DNA of 64,000 nucleotides from Vicugna vicugna (taxonomy: Eukaryota): contig MU058528.1 of NCBI GenBank assembly GCA_013265495.1, forward strand, positions 1 through 64,000. Reading direction: 5' to 3'. A program made the position numbers and the translations under genes. This document shows, piece after piece, positions 1-13,215 of the stretch (the stretch's first letter is position 1; every line of letters starts with the position of its first letter). Under the pieces are notes generated by a model. That model was not told the DNA's origin. It was given only the letters and a program-made list of their open reading frames with translations, and ran no database searches.

Positions 1-77
1 CGGTGGTCTCTTGTGCTGGTTGGAAGGACCTCGATATGGACAGTTGGCCTTATTCACTTTTTCCCCACTTCATTCAG

Positions 78-143
78 CTTGCTGTGGTGCAGCCAATGGC
101 AGTTAATATTTCCGCAAGTGGTTTTGGATTTGCTATTTGTCAG
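78..143 (+). CDS. CD109: CD109 internal coding exon (5th from last): LAVVQPMAVNISASGFGFAICQ
   Basis: Acceptor cattcag|CTT and donor CAG|gtatgt; 66 nt, phase 0/0. Peptide matches recalled human CD109 LAVVQPTAVNISANGFGFAICQ. Confidence 0.95.
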
Positions 144-2864
144 GTATGTAATCATGTTTATTTTTGTTTTGTTAACTGTGACTTGCTGTAATAATTCTTT
201 GGTTTGGGGCACTGCTCAATCTTTAACTTAGATAATGTAAAATTCTTAATGATTAACTTCTATGACTTAGGCAAGATAAATCACTCTCTTTAATAAAAGG
301 AGTTAGATTACTAGCTAGTGAGTAGACGGCAACTATATGGTTTGATAATCCTTTGGAAGAAATTATTCTTGCATATTATGCGCTTTTTGAAGTGAGAATT
401 AAAATCCGCCAATATGATTCATGTGAATTGTTGGGAAATCTCACCTTTTTTTGTTAAAATACAGCTCAGAAATTGTGACACTTGGTAGAGTTTCTACTGT
501 GACTTGATGAGTAGCATTTTACTTAAAATTTCTTAATGTTCATCTAAAGAAATAAAGGTTAACATGATATTACAAGTGATTGACTTGAAGATAGGAAATG
601 TGCCCCTTTGATGTAAAATTTTATATTACAGTAAATAAAGCAAGTAGAGCATGATGTGTTCAGTGCTCTGGTGTAGGAAGGAAATCTGAAGAAATCGACC
701 CTTTATGGTGTAACTGGGCTGGAGTAAAGTGGAAGCAGTAGGTAAAATCCTGAATGGAAGTTATTATACTTAATACATGAAAATCATAGGGACTTACCAT
801 GTTCTTGGGACACAAAATAATGTGTAACAGTGCCAAAAAAGATCATTTGCTTCGTTAGAAAAAAATCCAAACAAACGTTGAAAGATTTACTGAGAAAGTT
901 AAAAAAGGCTGTTATAGAGAAGAGGTGCTTTTTCAAAAACCATTACAACCGTTCTAGTTGGGGGAACAGAAACACTTAGCAAAGTAGGGCACATAGTCAG
1001 GTATAATTTGGAAGCTTCCAAATAATGTGAAGATTATTTTGTACGATACTCAAACACAGTAAATGTCTTTTAAAAATCAAGGGGAAATCCTAGTTAAAAA
1101 GAACAGTATTCAAAGTATTCAAGGAAAAGGTCAGAAAGAGTGAATAATTTGTGTTGATCTTTACTGACAAAGACCACGTGAAAGCTGTCACTCCCGCACT
1201 GTCTTTCAAAGCAAAGAGTAAATCCAAAAGTAAACACACTGGATATTTTTAGATACAATTGAAAAATTATGTATCCTTAAACCACCATATCGCTTGGAAT
1301 TCATTCTTTATAAGCCAAATGTAGATAAATGACTGAATCCAGACAATTTTTATTTGAGGTTTGAAGGACACTGCAGTAAATATGGCACCTACTGGTCAGC
1401 ACGCTCACCAGTCCCATGTCTGTACCTACAAGCAGAAGACAAAGGGAGGGACCACTAGGCACTTCTCGTAATGGAGAAGAAAACTGCCAAAACGCTGGCC
1501 GCCTGGGAATAGGTACTGACATTTCCTTTAGTTGATATTTTTGTAAGTGCTCTAGGAAAAAGGAGGGCAAAGAAACTCAGGTTTGTAGTCAGTGTTCACC
1601 TCTTTTGGGTGATGGAAAGCAATCTACTGGAAATAAACTGCAAGATCTCTTGAAGTTCTCTGAGTGAGCAGTTGATCTGTACTATGGGCCAAATATAAAC
1701 TCTAACACTTAGTTATAGCTGGATATTAATTGTGACCCAGGGGACAAACCTCGTAGTTGTGTTTATTTCCTGATGAGGTTGGTCTCTAAAGGACAATTGC
1801 ACGTGACAGGAAAGGGGGTAATGAAAATCACAGAGGCTGTCTCTCCAGTTTGATGAGAGACTCCAAGAATATTCCAAGAATATCCTACAATTTTCATTGT
1901 AGCTTAGGAAAAGTTGGAGAATGTCCAGACTGAGATATTCCAGATGATGAAGAGAATGAAGGATTATATGATCTAGGTGAGGCACAATCAAAAGTTGGAA
2001 CTCTTAGATTTGAAAGATGAAGGCTTAGAGAGATGGGTTTTTAAAGTCTGTAAATCCACAGTGGATGCTGAATGTTGAGTTCTGAGGCATGTGTATGTGA
2101 GAGAGAGACAGATTTAAGTATAAGTAAAAGAAAATATAGTATTACATAGTAATAGTGAGGCTTATGAATCTTGGTATCAAAGAAAGTGGAAGAGGTAAAG
2201 AATTTAAATAGTACGCTCCCAAGCTTCTGATCTTCGGATCTCTTTGACAAAAACACTGGCCCTCACACTGCCCCACAGTGTCGCCTCAGCACCATTCAAA
2301 TTGGTGTTGCTGAAAAAGACCCAGTTGACTTGAAATCCATCGTGTATTTCATCATCTTTGGAAAGCATTTTATGATCAAAAAGAATCCTTAGCAGTTGAA
2401 CAAGTTTCTGTTCAACCAAGGATCTTGGATGAAGACATGTTGATTTATCTTACTGATAGTTTGTAAGGTTCCAGTTTCTGAAAAATGACTCCAGTTGGGC
2501 AGCGGAACTTAGGAATTAGTGGATGCTTTCAAGAAAGTTGGCGGTAGTTTCATTTTTACCCTCAAGGGAATGGTTCACATTCTTTGAAAAAGCAATAACC
2601 ATCAATATCATTCACGATGGTCTAGGATACTTGGAATGTTATGTAACAATTTCTCAATTTAAAAAATCATTATTTATAAACGTTCATAATTATATTTGTT
2701 GATTATGATACTTAGTTAGTAACACTAATTTTTTTCTAGGTTGAAGATTACAAATTTAGTTGGGTTTGTCCCGAAGAGAATCATTACCTAATATTTAGAA
2801 TGTATAATGAAGGCAGTTTATTGCTACTAATTTATTATTTATACTAATTAGTTATTTATTGCAG

Positions 2865-3007
2865 CTTAATATTATTTATAATGTGAAAGCGTCTGGATCT
2901 TCTAGAGTCCGAAAATCGATCCAAGATCAAGAAGCCTTTGATTTAGATGTTGCTATAAAAGATAATGAAGATGATATCAATCACTTGGATTTGAATGTGT
3001 GCACAAG
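2865..3007 (+). CDS. CD109: CD109 coding exon (4th from last): LNIIYNVKASGSSRVRKSIQDQEAFDLDVAIKDNEDDINHLDLNVCT(R), containing the region of the furin cleavage site
   Basis: Acceptor ttattgcag|CTT and donor AG|gttggt; 143 nt, phase 0/2. Matches recalled human LNVVYNVKASGSSRRRRSIQNQEAFDLDVAVKENKDDLNHVDLNVCT. Confidence 0.95.
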
Positions 3008-6000
3008 GTTGGTATCTAAGTCCCTCCTCTTCCTCTTTCTCCTTAAAAAAATAGCTTTGAAGATTTGATTAAATATATGTTGTTATTTATAATGTAATTA
3101 CATATATACAGTTATCTAACTATATCAATATAAAGAGTTACATTTAAGAAAGATTACAGTTATGTGTTACATTTCAGATTACAGACTAGAAGTACTGCTA
3201 ATTATATTTAAACATTTATTTCTCAACATGTCCAGATTATTTACAGGTTTTCCATGTATTTATAACAAGTTTGAATGGACACATTTAATAATACTCAAGT
3301 TTATAAAAGCTTTAAACTCACAAGTCATGCTTAATACTCCAAAGTTGGTTATTTCTTTCTGTTGGTCATTTTCCTGTTAAATAATTATATCAGGCTCATA
3401 TTTAACCTTAATAAAAGCAGGCACATTCAGTGAAGAGAATAGTTTGTTTAGACACAGTGAAAATATTCCAGTTTAAAAGGTCCTCATGTTGGGAAATTAG
3501 GCTCTTACACCTTCTGGGAGTACTTGCTGAGGTGACTTAAATTTGGTCTGTGTCCCGAGCGTCTGAGGATCTTATTAAGTCATAAGGAAAAGGCGTCCAC
3601 CTCAAGGCTGCTGACTTCACAGATTCAGGGTCTTGCTCATTCTACTGCACACCCAAGTTTGAGAACAGCCCCTTCAGAAAGTTCTCGAATCAAGAGGCTT
3701 TACAGTTTCTTTCTTATCAGTCTATCCTCTTACCTCTGCATGATTTGGTGTTAAGCTGGGTGTTCCTGCAAGATGCACTGACACTGAGAAGCTGCTGCCT
3801 GCCTGCCCTTGTTAAGTGTCCCCTAGTGTCTGGTTGAACTTGGGCTGTCGATGGGCTAGAAATCATGGCTGTGGGCCTGAGCTGCCAGATGCTCTCAAGG
3901 TCATCTCTGGGCATTCCTCCAGGGGGTCAACCTTTTTAGCCACTGCCTGAACCCGGCCTCCTTCATTATTGCTGCCATCTGGACTATCTTGGGCCTTCTT
4001 GTTCCTGATGTTGGTATGAAATGTCATGTGTTTGCCCCCTCCCTGACCTTATTGGGCATGTTGGACCAGCCGCACGGGGTTATCAGAATCTCTGCAGTGG
4101 CTTCCTTTCCAACTGAAAAGAAAGTAGGACTCCCATTATACTTTACTAAGCTTGCAACTGGGCTGTGTTCCAGAACAACAATATCAAGTTATTATTATTG
4201 TTGTAAACAACAACCACCTACATTTATCACAGACTCCCTTGCCAGGCCTGGTACCAGGCGCTCGCGTGCCCATCTCATTCGGCCCTTACAGTAACTCTAT
4301 AAAGTAGGTGCTATTACTATGCCTGCTTTTCTCAGTCACTCCTTCAGTCACTCATTCACTCAGTAATGCTGGTTGAGACTCCCTTATGTGCCAGGCACAG
4401 GGTCAGGATTCGGAATATAAATGTTCAGCCAAAAAGACAGAGACTTGTCCTTATGGAACTTACTATTTGGAAGGGGAGACAGAAATTAATGAAACTAAAT
4501 CCTGACGCCAGCATAAAATTCCAGTTTGGGAAAAGGCACAAAAGAAGAGTGTTACGGTGCCCTGAGAGGGAGTTTACCTGTTGGAAAGGTCACATGAAGA
4601 CACAGAAGAGGGAAATCAGGTGTGACTGAGATTCAGACCATGACGGGGCCTCATTCTGTGCAGGGGCGCATGCCAAAAGGCGGGATTCCGAATCTGAATC
4701 CAGAATCAGGAGTCAGATGGGACAGTAAACTTTGCTAGGTAGAGGATGTCTATGTCTTTTTTTTCTTCTTTTTTTGGAGGATCTGGGGAAGGGAAGTGTT
4801 TTCATGTCAGGGTAGGGGTTTTATAAAAAATGATTCAGATACTGCTACTAGTTTTATGAGAAAAATCTGCTATAAAATACAAATAAACTTTTAAATGAAT
4901 TCTTTCAATGGCACTTTATAAAAAAAACAGCTGGTATTTCCGGCACTTTATTCTCATCAGTTGGGTCCCAGCCCTCACTCACCTCAGACAAGGTTTCTCG
5001 GTGGCAAGGTAATTTAACAGATCTGTCCGTGGCTGGCGAAGAGACCAGGTCAACCAAGGCACTTTGGACGATGTACTGAAGTCACCGTGCCTAAGCAGAT
5101 TGGCTGTTTTTCTCATCTGTGCTTTTTGCTCAGATAAAAACACCTCTAGTTTTAATGCCCATATTAGTTTTCAATAGCATCTCTTCTGGCTTAGCCAGCA
5201 GATGGTTCCAGCTGCCTGGGACTGCCGGGCCCGCTGCAGCCAGCCCTCGTGTTGTATGGCTTTTCCATCAGTCATGTTTGGCAGGCATCTGTTTGCTGCT
5301 CTAAAAAGCAAGATTTTTTGCTGGCCCCTCTTGCTCTTGCCGTTTGGAGGACAACAGGAACTGACTTCACGATGCTAGGAGCCTTTCACGTTGGAGACAG
5401 ACTCCTTCCCGTCACGACGCAGGGCTCTTTCTGCCCCAGACAAAAAGCGCTTGCCACCTATCACCTATTCATTTTAGAAAAATATTTGTTTTAAAGGAGA
5501 CAAAATGTTGTGGGTGCCCAGATGCTCTGATGCTCGCACAGGGTTAGAGAATGAGCAGTGTAATAAAACTTTCCAAGGCTTGTCATTCTCCCAAGGTGGC
5601 CAAAGAAAACAGAACATGTGCTCCAAGCATGTGGAAGAAGAAAGGGAAGGATGGGTCTTCTCTGTCTAAAACCAGATGAAGAAAAGGTTGTTAACGACTT
5701 GGCCACCGTCTAGTGCTGAGTGGTCAAGTGATGCTTCTTTTTCAGTTCCTGGCTTTGAGCTGGAGATCTTAGTTCTGTCAACTTTTGGGAAGATGAAAAA
5801 TACACTGCAGTGTGGAAACACTACTAGAAAACAAGAGTTGCCTGCCAAAGGGGCAAGGGCTGCACACGTTACAACCTAGGTGCACGAGCCACCACGTTGC
5901 AGGCATTTCATATGGGCTGTCACGTGGTTGAAAGATACAAGGATTTCGTATCTGTAAGGAAAGGATTAACCTTTTTACAGTTTTCTGTAATGATTTTTTA

Positions 6001-6185
6001 AATTTCAACCATACAGTAAACATTTGGAAAATATTGGCTGTTGGCATTTTTATTTTTTATATGGAGATAGTTTTTTTCTTCTTAAAAGGCACAGTTGTTA
6101 CTCTAATGATGATGTATTACTCTTCAGGTTTTTGCTTTAGGGTTTTGCTAAAGGGTTCTCTTCCACCCTCTCTTCTTTCATTTAG

Positions 6186-6333
6186 ATTTCTGGGTCCAAC
6201 GAGAAGCGGCATGGCCCTTATGGAAGTTAACCTCCTCAGTGGTTTTACCGTGCCCTCAGATGCCATTCCCCTGAGTGAGACCTTGAAAAAAGTGGAGCAT
6301 GATCATGGGAAACTCAACCTCTACTTAGATTCT
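6186..6333 (+). CDS. CD109: CD109 coding exon (3rd from last): FLGPTRSGMALMEVNLLSGFTVPSDAIPLSETLKKVEHDHGKLNLYLDS, A2M receptor-binding (MG8-like) domain
   Basis: Polypyrimidine tract plus tttag|A, donor TCT|gtaagt; 148 nt, phase 2/0, joins the previous exon in frame. SGMALMEVNLLSGF is typical of the A2M/TEP receptor-binding domain. Confidence 0.96.
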
Positions 6334-8179
6334 GTAAGTAGTAAAACCGTTGCCAGAGCCATCACTTACTGTGTTCATACGTCTACTTTACATGCGTTCA
6401 TTCTAAGTCAGTATTTCGGCCTTTTGTGTCCCTGAATAACTTTCACGTGGCAACCATCTATTTGTCCCTACTAAAAATATATGATTATAAAATTAGTTTA
6501 AAGAGAATTGCTATTAATGGTGGGCCCAAAAGTCTTGATAAGGAAATCTTTGTTTCATACCAGACGTAAAACATATAGAAGTTGCCATGATACAATGTCT
6601 AAAATGCAACCCAGATCTCAATTTGAGAACTCCTTTGCCTCAGAGAATTGCTAAACATACTTGTTTAAATGCTGCTGCTGCTGGAAAAAAAAAAGTGCTG
6701 ATGGTGAAAGCTTTAATCACATGTTCGAAAATAGTCCCGTGAATGGAGCAGCTTCAAGATGGTAGAATAGAAAGACACAGAGCTCACCTTCTCCCACAGA
6801 TACATCAAAAATACACCTCCATGTGGAACAGTACTCGTAGTATACCTACAGAACTCTGGCAGGTCTTATACACATAGATCTACAAGAAACATTTCCATGT
6901 AACTGGGTAGGAGGGGAAAAAAAAGAATCAGGGGCAGGACCTGAGCCCTGGGGAGGGAGCAGTGAAAGAGGAAAAGTGCCCTCACCCTGGGGAGCCCCTG
7001 TACCAGCAGGGAGGGCAGCCTGGACAAAGGCGGAGCTTCAGTGGCTAGAGGAGGGTGCAGCAGCCACTTTGTGGCAGACAGAATGGGGAGAAACCTGGCC
7101 AGAGGACTTGTGAGGTCCCCAGCCTAAGCAGCGAGCCTGCGGCATGGACTGGGACTGGGTGCTGAATGAAGCTCGGGCTTCGGAGGACAGACCTGGAGGG
7201 AGGACTGGAGTTGGCTGCATGGAGGCAGCCTGGAGGGACTATAGTTCAGCACAGGCTGAGGCTGAGAGTGTGTGCAAAGGAGCCCAGTCTGCCATAGCAG
7301 TCTCCTTCTTGGCTTGCTCTGGAAGGGCACAATTGCTGATGGGTTGACCCCCAGTGGAGGCCAGGCTGACATCTGAGTCCATTCCCAGGGCCACATGATT
7401 TCAGAAGATGGACTGAGATTTGAGTGGTGTCCCAGGTGGATTTGGCAGATTTATATCACTGGTACCTTTTAAGCTCAGTGTCTCCAGGACATCTGAGCAG
7501 AATGCTGGTGCACAGCTGGGGCAGGTCTGGAATTAACAGGGTGTGGACACAGAGGCAGGGCTGGGGCCTGGGCTGACCATGTAGCCCATGGCAGATTCAG
7601 GTGTGTGACTTGAGTGAATCTGCCCTAGTGGCTTTGTGAACAGAACACCTGAGGAACACCAGGGAAGGCTGCCTGCATCCCCACAGCTGAGGTGGGGCTG
7701 AAGGCAGTGCCAATAATAGTGTATTTTGTGAGCCTGCACAACAAGTGACAGGAGACACCATGGAAGGCACTTCTAGGTGGATGGCTCCTGCAGAGGGCTA
7801 CTCAGTGGCTCCTCTCCCAGAGGAAGCACTCCAGTCCCACCTACCTCACACAGCAGTTCAGATCTAGGGGCTTCTACTCCAACAACTAGGGAGTAGACCC
7901 AGCCCCCGATAGGGCTGTGGCAACCACAGAGCAAAGAGGAGGTCCTGCTCAGTGTCCGGTGCAGGTTCCAGGCACCACAACACCAACAGACTCCCTATCA
8001 TGGGGATAACAGGCAGCACACATGGACGGAAGACATGATAGCCATCATACTAAAAATGGGCCTCACACAAAAATATACTGCACACACACAGCCTACACAA
8101 GGATACTCCCACATAAGAGCAGCCCATCGAGACTGCAGTATATAACTGTTACTCCTAAATACATAGAGTCAGAGAACTA

Positions 8180-9060
8180 TATAAGAAAAATGAACCACTC
8201 CAAATTAAAAGAACAAGAGAAATCCCCTGAAAAGAACAATGAAACAGACTTCTCCAGTCTATCAGAACTTGAGTTCAAAAAAGAGATAATAAAACTACTG
8301 AAGGAATTAAGAGAGGCTACTGATAGAAATGCAAATTATTGTAAAAAATGAACTAGAAACTATAAAGAGGAGTCAGTTAAAGTCAGAAAACTCAATTGCC
8401 AAGATGAAAACCAAGTTAAAGGCAATAAATAGCAGACTAAATAATGCAGAAGGACAAATAAGTGATTTAGAAGACAGGATAATAAAAATCACCCAATTGG
8501 AACAGCAGACAGAAAAACAAAGAAAGGAAGCAGTATAAGAGACCTGTGGGATAACATAAAGCATGCTCATCTATGCTTTAAAAGGGTCCCACAAGGAGAA
8601 GAAAGCAAAAAGGGGATTGAAAATGTATTGGAAAAAATTATGGCTGAAAACTCCCCAAACCTAAAAGAGGAAACGTATCCAGGTACAGGAAGCACACAGG
8701 GTCCCAAACAAGATGAACCCAACTAGGCCAACACCAAGACATATTGTAATTAAAAGAGCCAAAGTTTAAGATAAAAGAGAAGATTCTAAAGCAGCAGGAA
8801 AAAGCAGGTGGTTACAAGGGAAATCCCCTTTTAACTATCAGCCAATTTCTCTACAGAAACATTGCTGGCCAGAATGGAGTTAGTTGCAAGATACACTCAA
8901 AATCCTCGAAGAGAGAATCTTGCAACCTTGGATGATTTACCCAGCAAGATTATTATTTAGAATAGAAGGAGAGAGAAAGAATTTTTCAGACAAGCAAAAA
9001 CTAGAATAATATGGCAACACGAAGCCTATCCTGAAAGAAATATTGAAAGGTCTTCTCTAA
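8180..9060 (+). pseudogene. Disrupted L1 ORF1
   Basis: ORF-track fragments ELEFKKEIIKLLKELRE and AINSRLNNAEGQISDLED (coiled coil). Ends ...gaaatattgaaaggtcttctctaa. Multiple frameshifts; start approximate. Confidence 0.85.
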
Positions 9061-9452
9061 ATAGAAAAGAAGCAGGAAGCTATAGAAATGAGAAAACCAT
9101 CATTGGAAATGCAGTAACCATAATGAACAGCAAAATAAACATGAAGATGCAGAAAGAGGACAGCAAAGTCATAAAAGGTGGGAGAAGAGTAAGAAAATGT
9201 AGATGTTTTCCTTCTTTTTAGAATATGTTTGAGCCCAAGTGATTGCCAGTTTAAACCAAGTATATATAGTAATGGATTAATATACTTGAAAAATAGGGTA
9301 ACCACAAATCAAAAACATGAAATAGAGTCACAAAAGCCAAAAAGAAAAGAACTCAAGCATAATACAGAAGAAAATCATCAAACCACAAAAGGAAAAACAA
9401 AAAGAAAGGAATGAAGAAGAAATACAAAATCAACTGGAAAACAAGGTTTAAA

Positions 9453-12400
9453 ATGGCAATAAACACATACCTATCAATAATTACTGTAAATGTCAATGGA
9501 CTAAATGCTCTAATCAAAAGACATAGAGTGGCAGATTGGATAATAATACAAGAGCCTACTTACTATATATTGCTTGTAAGAGACCCACTTTAGGGCAGAG
9601 GACACACATAGATTGAAGGTGAGAAGATGGAAAAAGATTTCATGCAAACGGAAATGACAAGAAAGAGGGGGTAGCAATACTGATATCACACAAAATAGAC
9701 TTTAAAGCAAAGGCCATACAGAAAGATAAAGAAGGACATTATATAATGATAAAAGGATTAATTCAAGATGAGGATATTACACTTGTTAACAATATGTGCA
9801 CCCAGTATAAGAGCACCTAAATATATAAAACTAATATCAACAAACATAAAAGAAGAAATGGATGGGAATACAATAATAGTAGGAGACTAACACCCCACTA
9901 ACATCAATGGACAGATATTCCAGACAGAAATCAAGAAAGCAACAGAGATCCTCTAAATGACATAATAGAACAGTTAAGACTTAATTGATATTTTCAGGAT
10001 GTTACATCCAAAAACAAAACAAAACAAAACAAACCAGAATATACATTCTTTTCAAGTGCACATGGTACATTCTCCAGGATAGATCTCATACTTGGACAAC
10101 ACAAGCCTCAACAGATTTAAGAGAATAGAAATTATTTCAAGCATCTTTTTTGACCAAGACCGCATGAAAGTAGAAATCAGCCACAGAAAGAGAAATGAGA
10201 AAAAAACAAATGCTTGGAGACTAAACAACATGCTACTAAAAAACCAATGGGTCGATGATGAAATCAAAGATAAAATAAAAAACTACCTTGAGACAAATGA
10301 CAATGAAAACACAACCAAGTAAAATCTATGAGATGAAACAAAAGGAGTCCTAAGAGAGAAGTTCATAGTGATAGAGACCCTCCTTAAAAAACAGGGAAAA
10401 TCTCAAATAAACAACCTAACCTACCCTCTGAAAGAATTAGAAAGAGAACAAATAAAACCTAAAGTCAACAGAAGGAAAGAGATAATAAAGATCAGGGAGG
10501 CAATAAATAAAAGAGAGATTAAAAACAATAGAAAAAAATCAGTCAAACCAAGAGCTTTTTTTTTTTTGAAAGAGTAAACAAATAGAGAAGAAGAAACACA
10601 GGTCACAAATAAACAAAACAAGAAATGAAAGATGAGTAACTACTACTGATACCACAGAAATACAAAAAATCGTAAGAGAGTACTATGAACAATTACGTGC
10701 CAGCAAATTGGACAACCTGGAAGAAATGGACAAATTTTTAGATACATACAGACCACCAGAAATGAATCAAGAAGAAATAAGACAGTTTGAACAGAGAGAT
10801 CACTAGAAGTGAATAGAATCTGAAAACAACAGCAACAGCAACCCCTTGCCAACAAAATTCCAGGACCAGATGGCTTCACTGGGGAATCTAACAAACAATG
10901 CGGAGGAGAATTTTTACCGATCCTTCTCAAATTCTTTCAAACAACTGAAGAGGATGGAGCACTCCTAAACTCATTCTGTGAAGCCACCATAACCCTGATA
11001 CCAAAACCAGACAAAGACACTACCAAAAAAGAAAATTATAGGCTAATATCTTTGATGACAATGAATGCAAAAATTCTTAACAAAATATTAGCAAACCAAA
11101 TCCCACAACACATAAACAAGATTATACACTAAGATGAGGTTGGATTCATCCCAAGGACACAAGGATGGTTTGACATACACATATGAACCAACATGATGCA
11201 TCACGTTAACGAAAGAAAGGACAAAAATCACATGATCATCCCAGTAGATGCAGAAAAAGCATTTGATAAAATTCGACATCCATTCATGATAAAAACTCTT
11301 ACCAAAGTGGGTATAGAGTAAACATATGTCAACATAATAAAAGCTATTTATAACAAATCCACAGCCAGCATAATACTCAATGGTGAAAATTTGAAAGCCT
11401 TCCCCCTAAAATCTGAAACAAGATAAGGACGCTCACTCTTACCACTTCTACTCAAGTACTGGAATTCCTAGCCATAGCAATCAGACAAGAAAAAGAAACA
11501 AAAGAGATCCAGATTGGAAGGGAAGAGGGTAAATTGTCACTATATGCAGATGACATGATATTATATATAGAAAACCCTAAAGACTCCACACAAAATCTAG
11601 TAGAACTGATAAACAAATTCAGCAAGATAGTAGGCTTCAAGATTAACATACAGAAATCTGTTGCATTTCTTTACACTAACAATGAAGTATCAGGAAAGGA
11701 AAGTAAAAAAAAGATTCCTTTTAAAATTGTGTCAAAAATACTCAGGAATATACCTGACCAAAGAAGTGACAGACTTATATGCTGAGAACTATAAAATATT
11801 GATAAAAGAAACTAAAGATGATGAAGGAAATTAAAGATGATTAAACAAATGGAAAGATATCCCATGCTTTTGGATTGGAAAAATTAATATTGTTAAAATG
11901 GCCATACTATCCAAAGCAATCCATAGATTTAATGTGACCCTATCAAATTACCCAGGACATTTTTCACAGAACTAGAACAAATAATCCTAAAATTTATATG
12001 GAAATCACAAAAGACCCAGAGTTGCCACAGCAATACTGAAGAAGAATGAAGCTGGAGGAATAAACCCCACCACCCCAGACTTCAGACAATATTACAGAGC
12101 TGCAGTAATCAAAACAGTGTCATACTGGCACACACAAAAAAACCCCCAAAAAAACAGATATAGGGATCAATGGAACAGAATAGAGAGCCCAGAGATAAAA
12201 TCACAGAACTACAGTTAGTTAATCTTCAGCAAAGGAGGCAAGAATATACAGTGGAGAAAAGAGCCTCTTTGGCAAGTGGTGATGGGAAAGCTGGACAGCT
12301 GCATGTAAATCAGTGAAGTCAGAACACTCCCTCAGACTATATACAAAAATAAACTCAAAATGGCTTAAAGACAGAACACCATAAATCTCCTAGAAGAGAA

Positions 12401-13215
12401 CATAGGCAAAACATTCTCCGACATAAATCCTAACTGTTTTCTAGGTCAGTCTCCCAAGGCAATAGAAATAAAAGGAAAGACAAACAAATAGAGCATAATC
12501 AAACATAAGCTTTTGCAAAGCAAAGAAGCCATAAAAAAAGAGACAACCTGTGGGCTGCTAGAAAATATTTGCAAACAATGCGACTGACAAGGCTTTAACT
12601 TTCAGAATATACAAACAACTCATACAACTCAATAAAAAGAAAACAAATGATCCAATCAAAAAGTGGGCGGAAGTTCTAAGCAGACATTTCTCCAATGAAG
12701 ACATACAGATGAATAATAGGTACATGAAAAGATGCTCAGCTTTGCTAATTATTAGAGAAATGCATATCAACACTGATGAAATATCACCTCACACCCGTCA
12801 GAATGGCCATCATTGAAATAATAAATGCTAGAGAGGGTGTGGAGAAAAGAGAACTCTCCTACACTGTTGGTGGTGTGGAAATTGGTGTAGCCACTATAGA
12901 AAACAGTATGGAGATTCCTTAAAATATAAAAATAGAGTTACTGTATGATCCGCCAGTACCACTCCTGGGCATATATTTAGAGAAAACTCCAATTCAAAAA
13001 GATACATGTGCCCCAACGTACATGGCATCATTATTTACAACAGCCAAGACATGGGAGCAACCCAGGTGTCCGTGGACACATGCCTGGATGAAGAAGATAT
13101 ATATACACACAATGAAATGCTACTCAACCATAAAAAAGAATGAAATAATGCCTTTTGCAGCAACATGGATGGACCTAGAGGTTATCATACTAAGTTAAGT
13201 AAGTCAGAGAAAGAC
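9453..13215 (+). pseudogene. Disrupted L1 ORF2 (APE endonuclease and reverse transcriptase)
   Basis: Starts MAINTYLSIITVNVNGLNALIKRHRVADWI; RT motif [17 protein letters not shown] at ~11537-11587. Many stops and frameshifts; end approximate. Confidence 0.9.

Noticed and set aside
6034..6435. 133-aa ORF as a standalone gene
   Set aside because: Only 6186-6333 is CD109-like and bounded by splice sites; the rest is intronic open frame.
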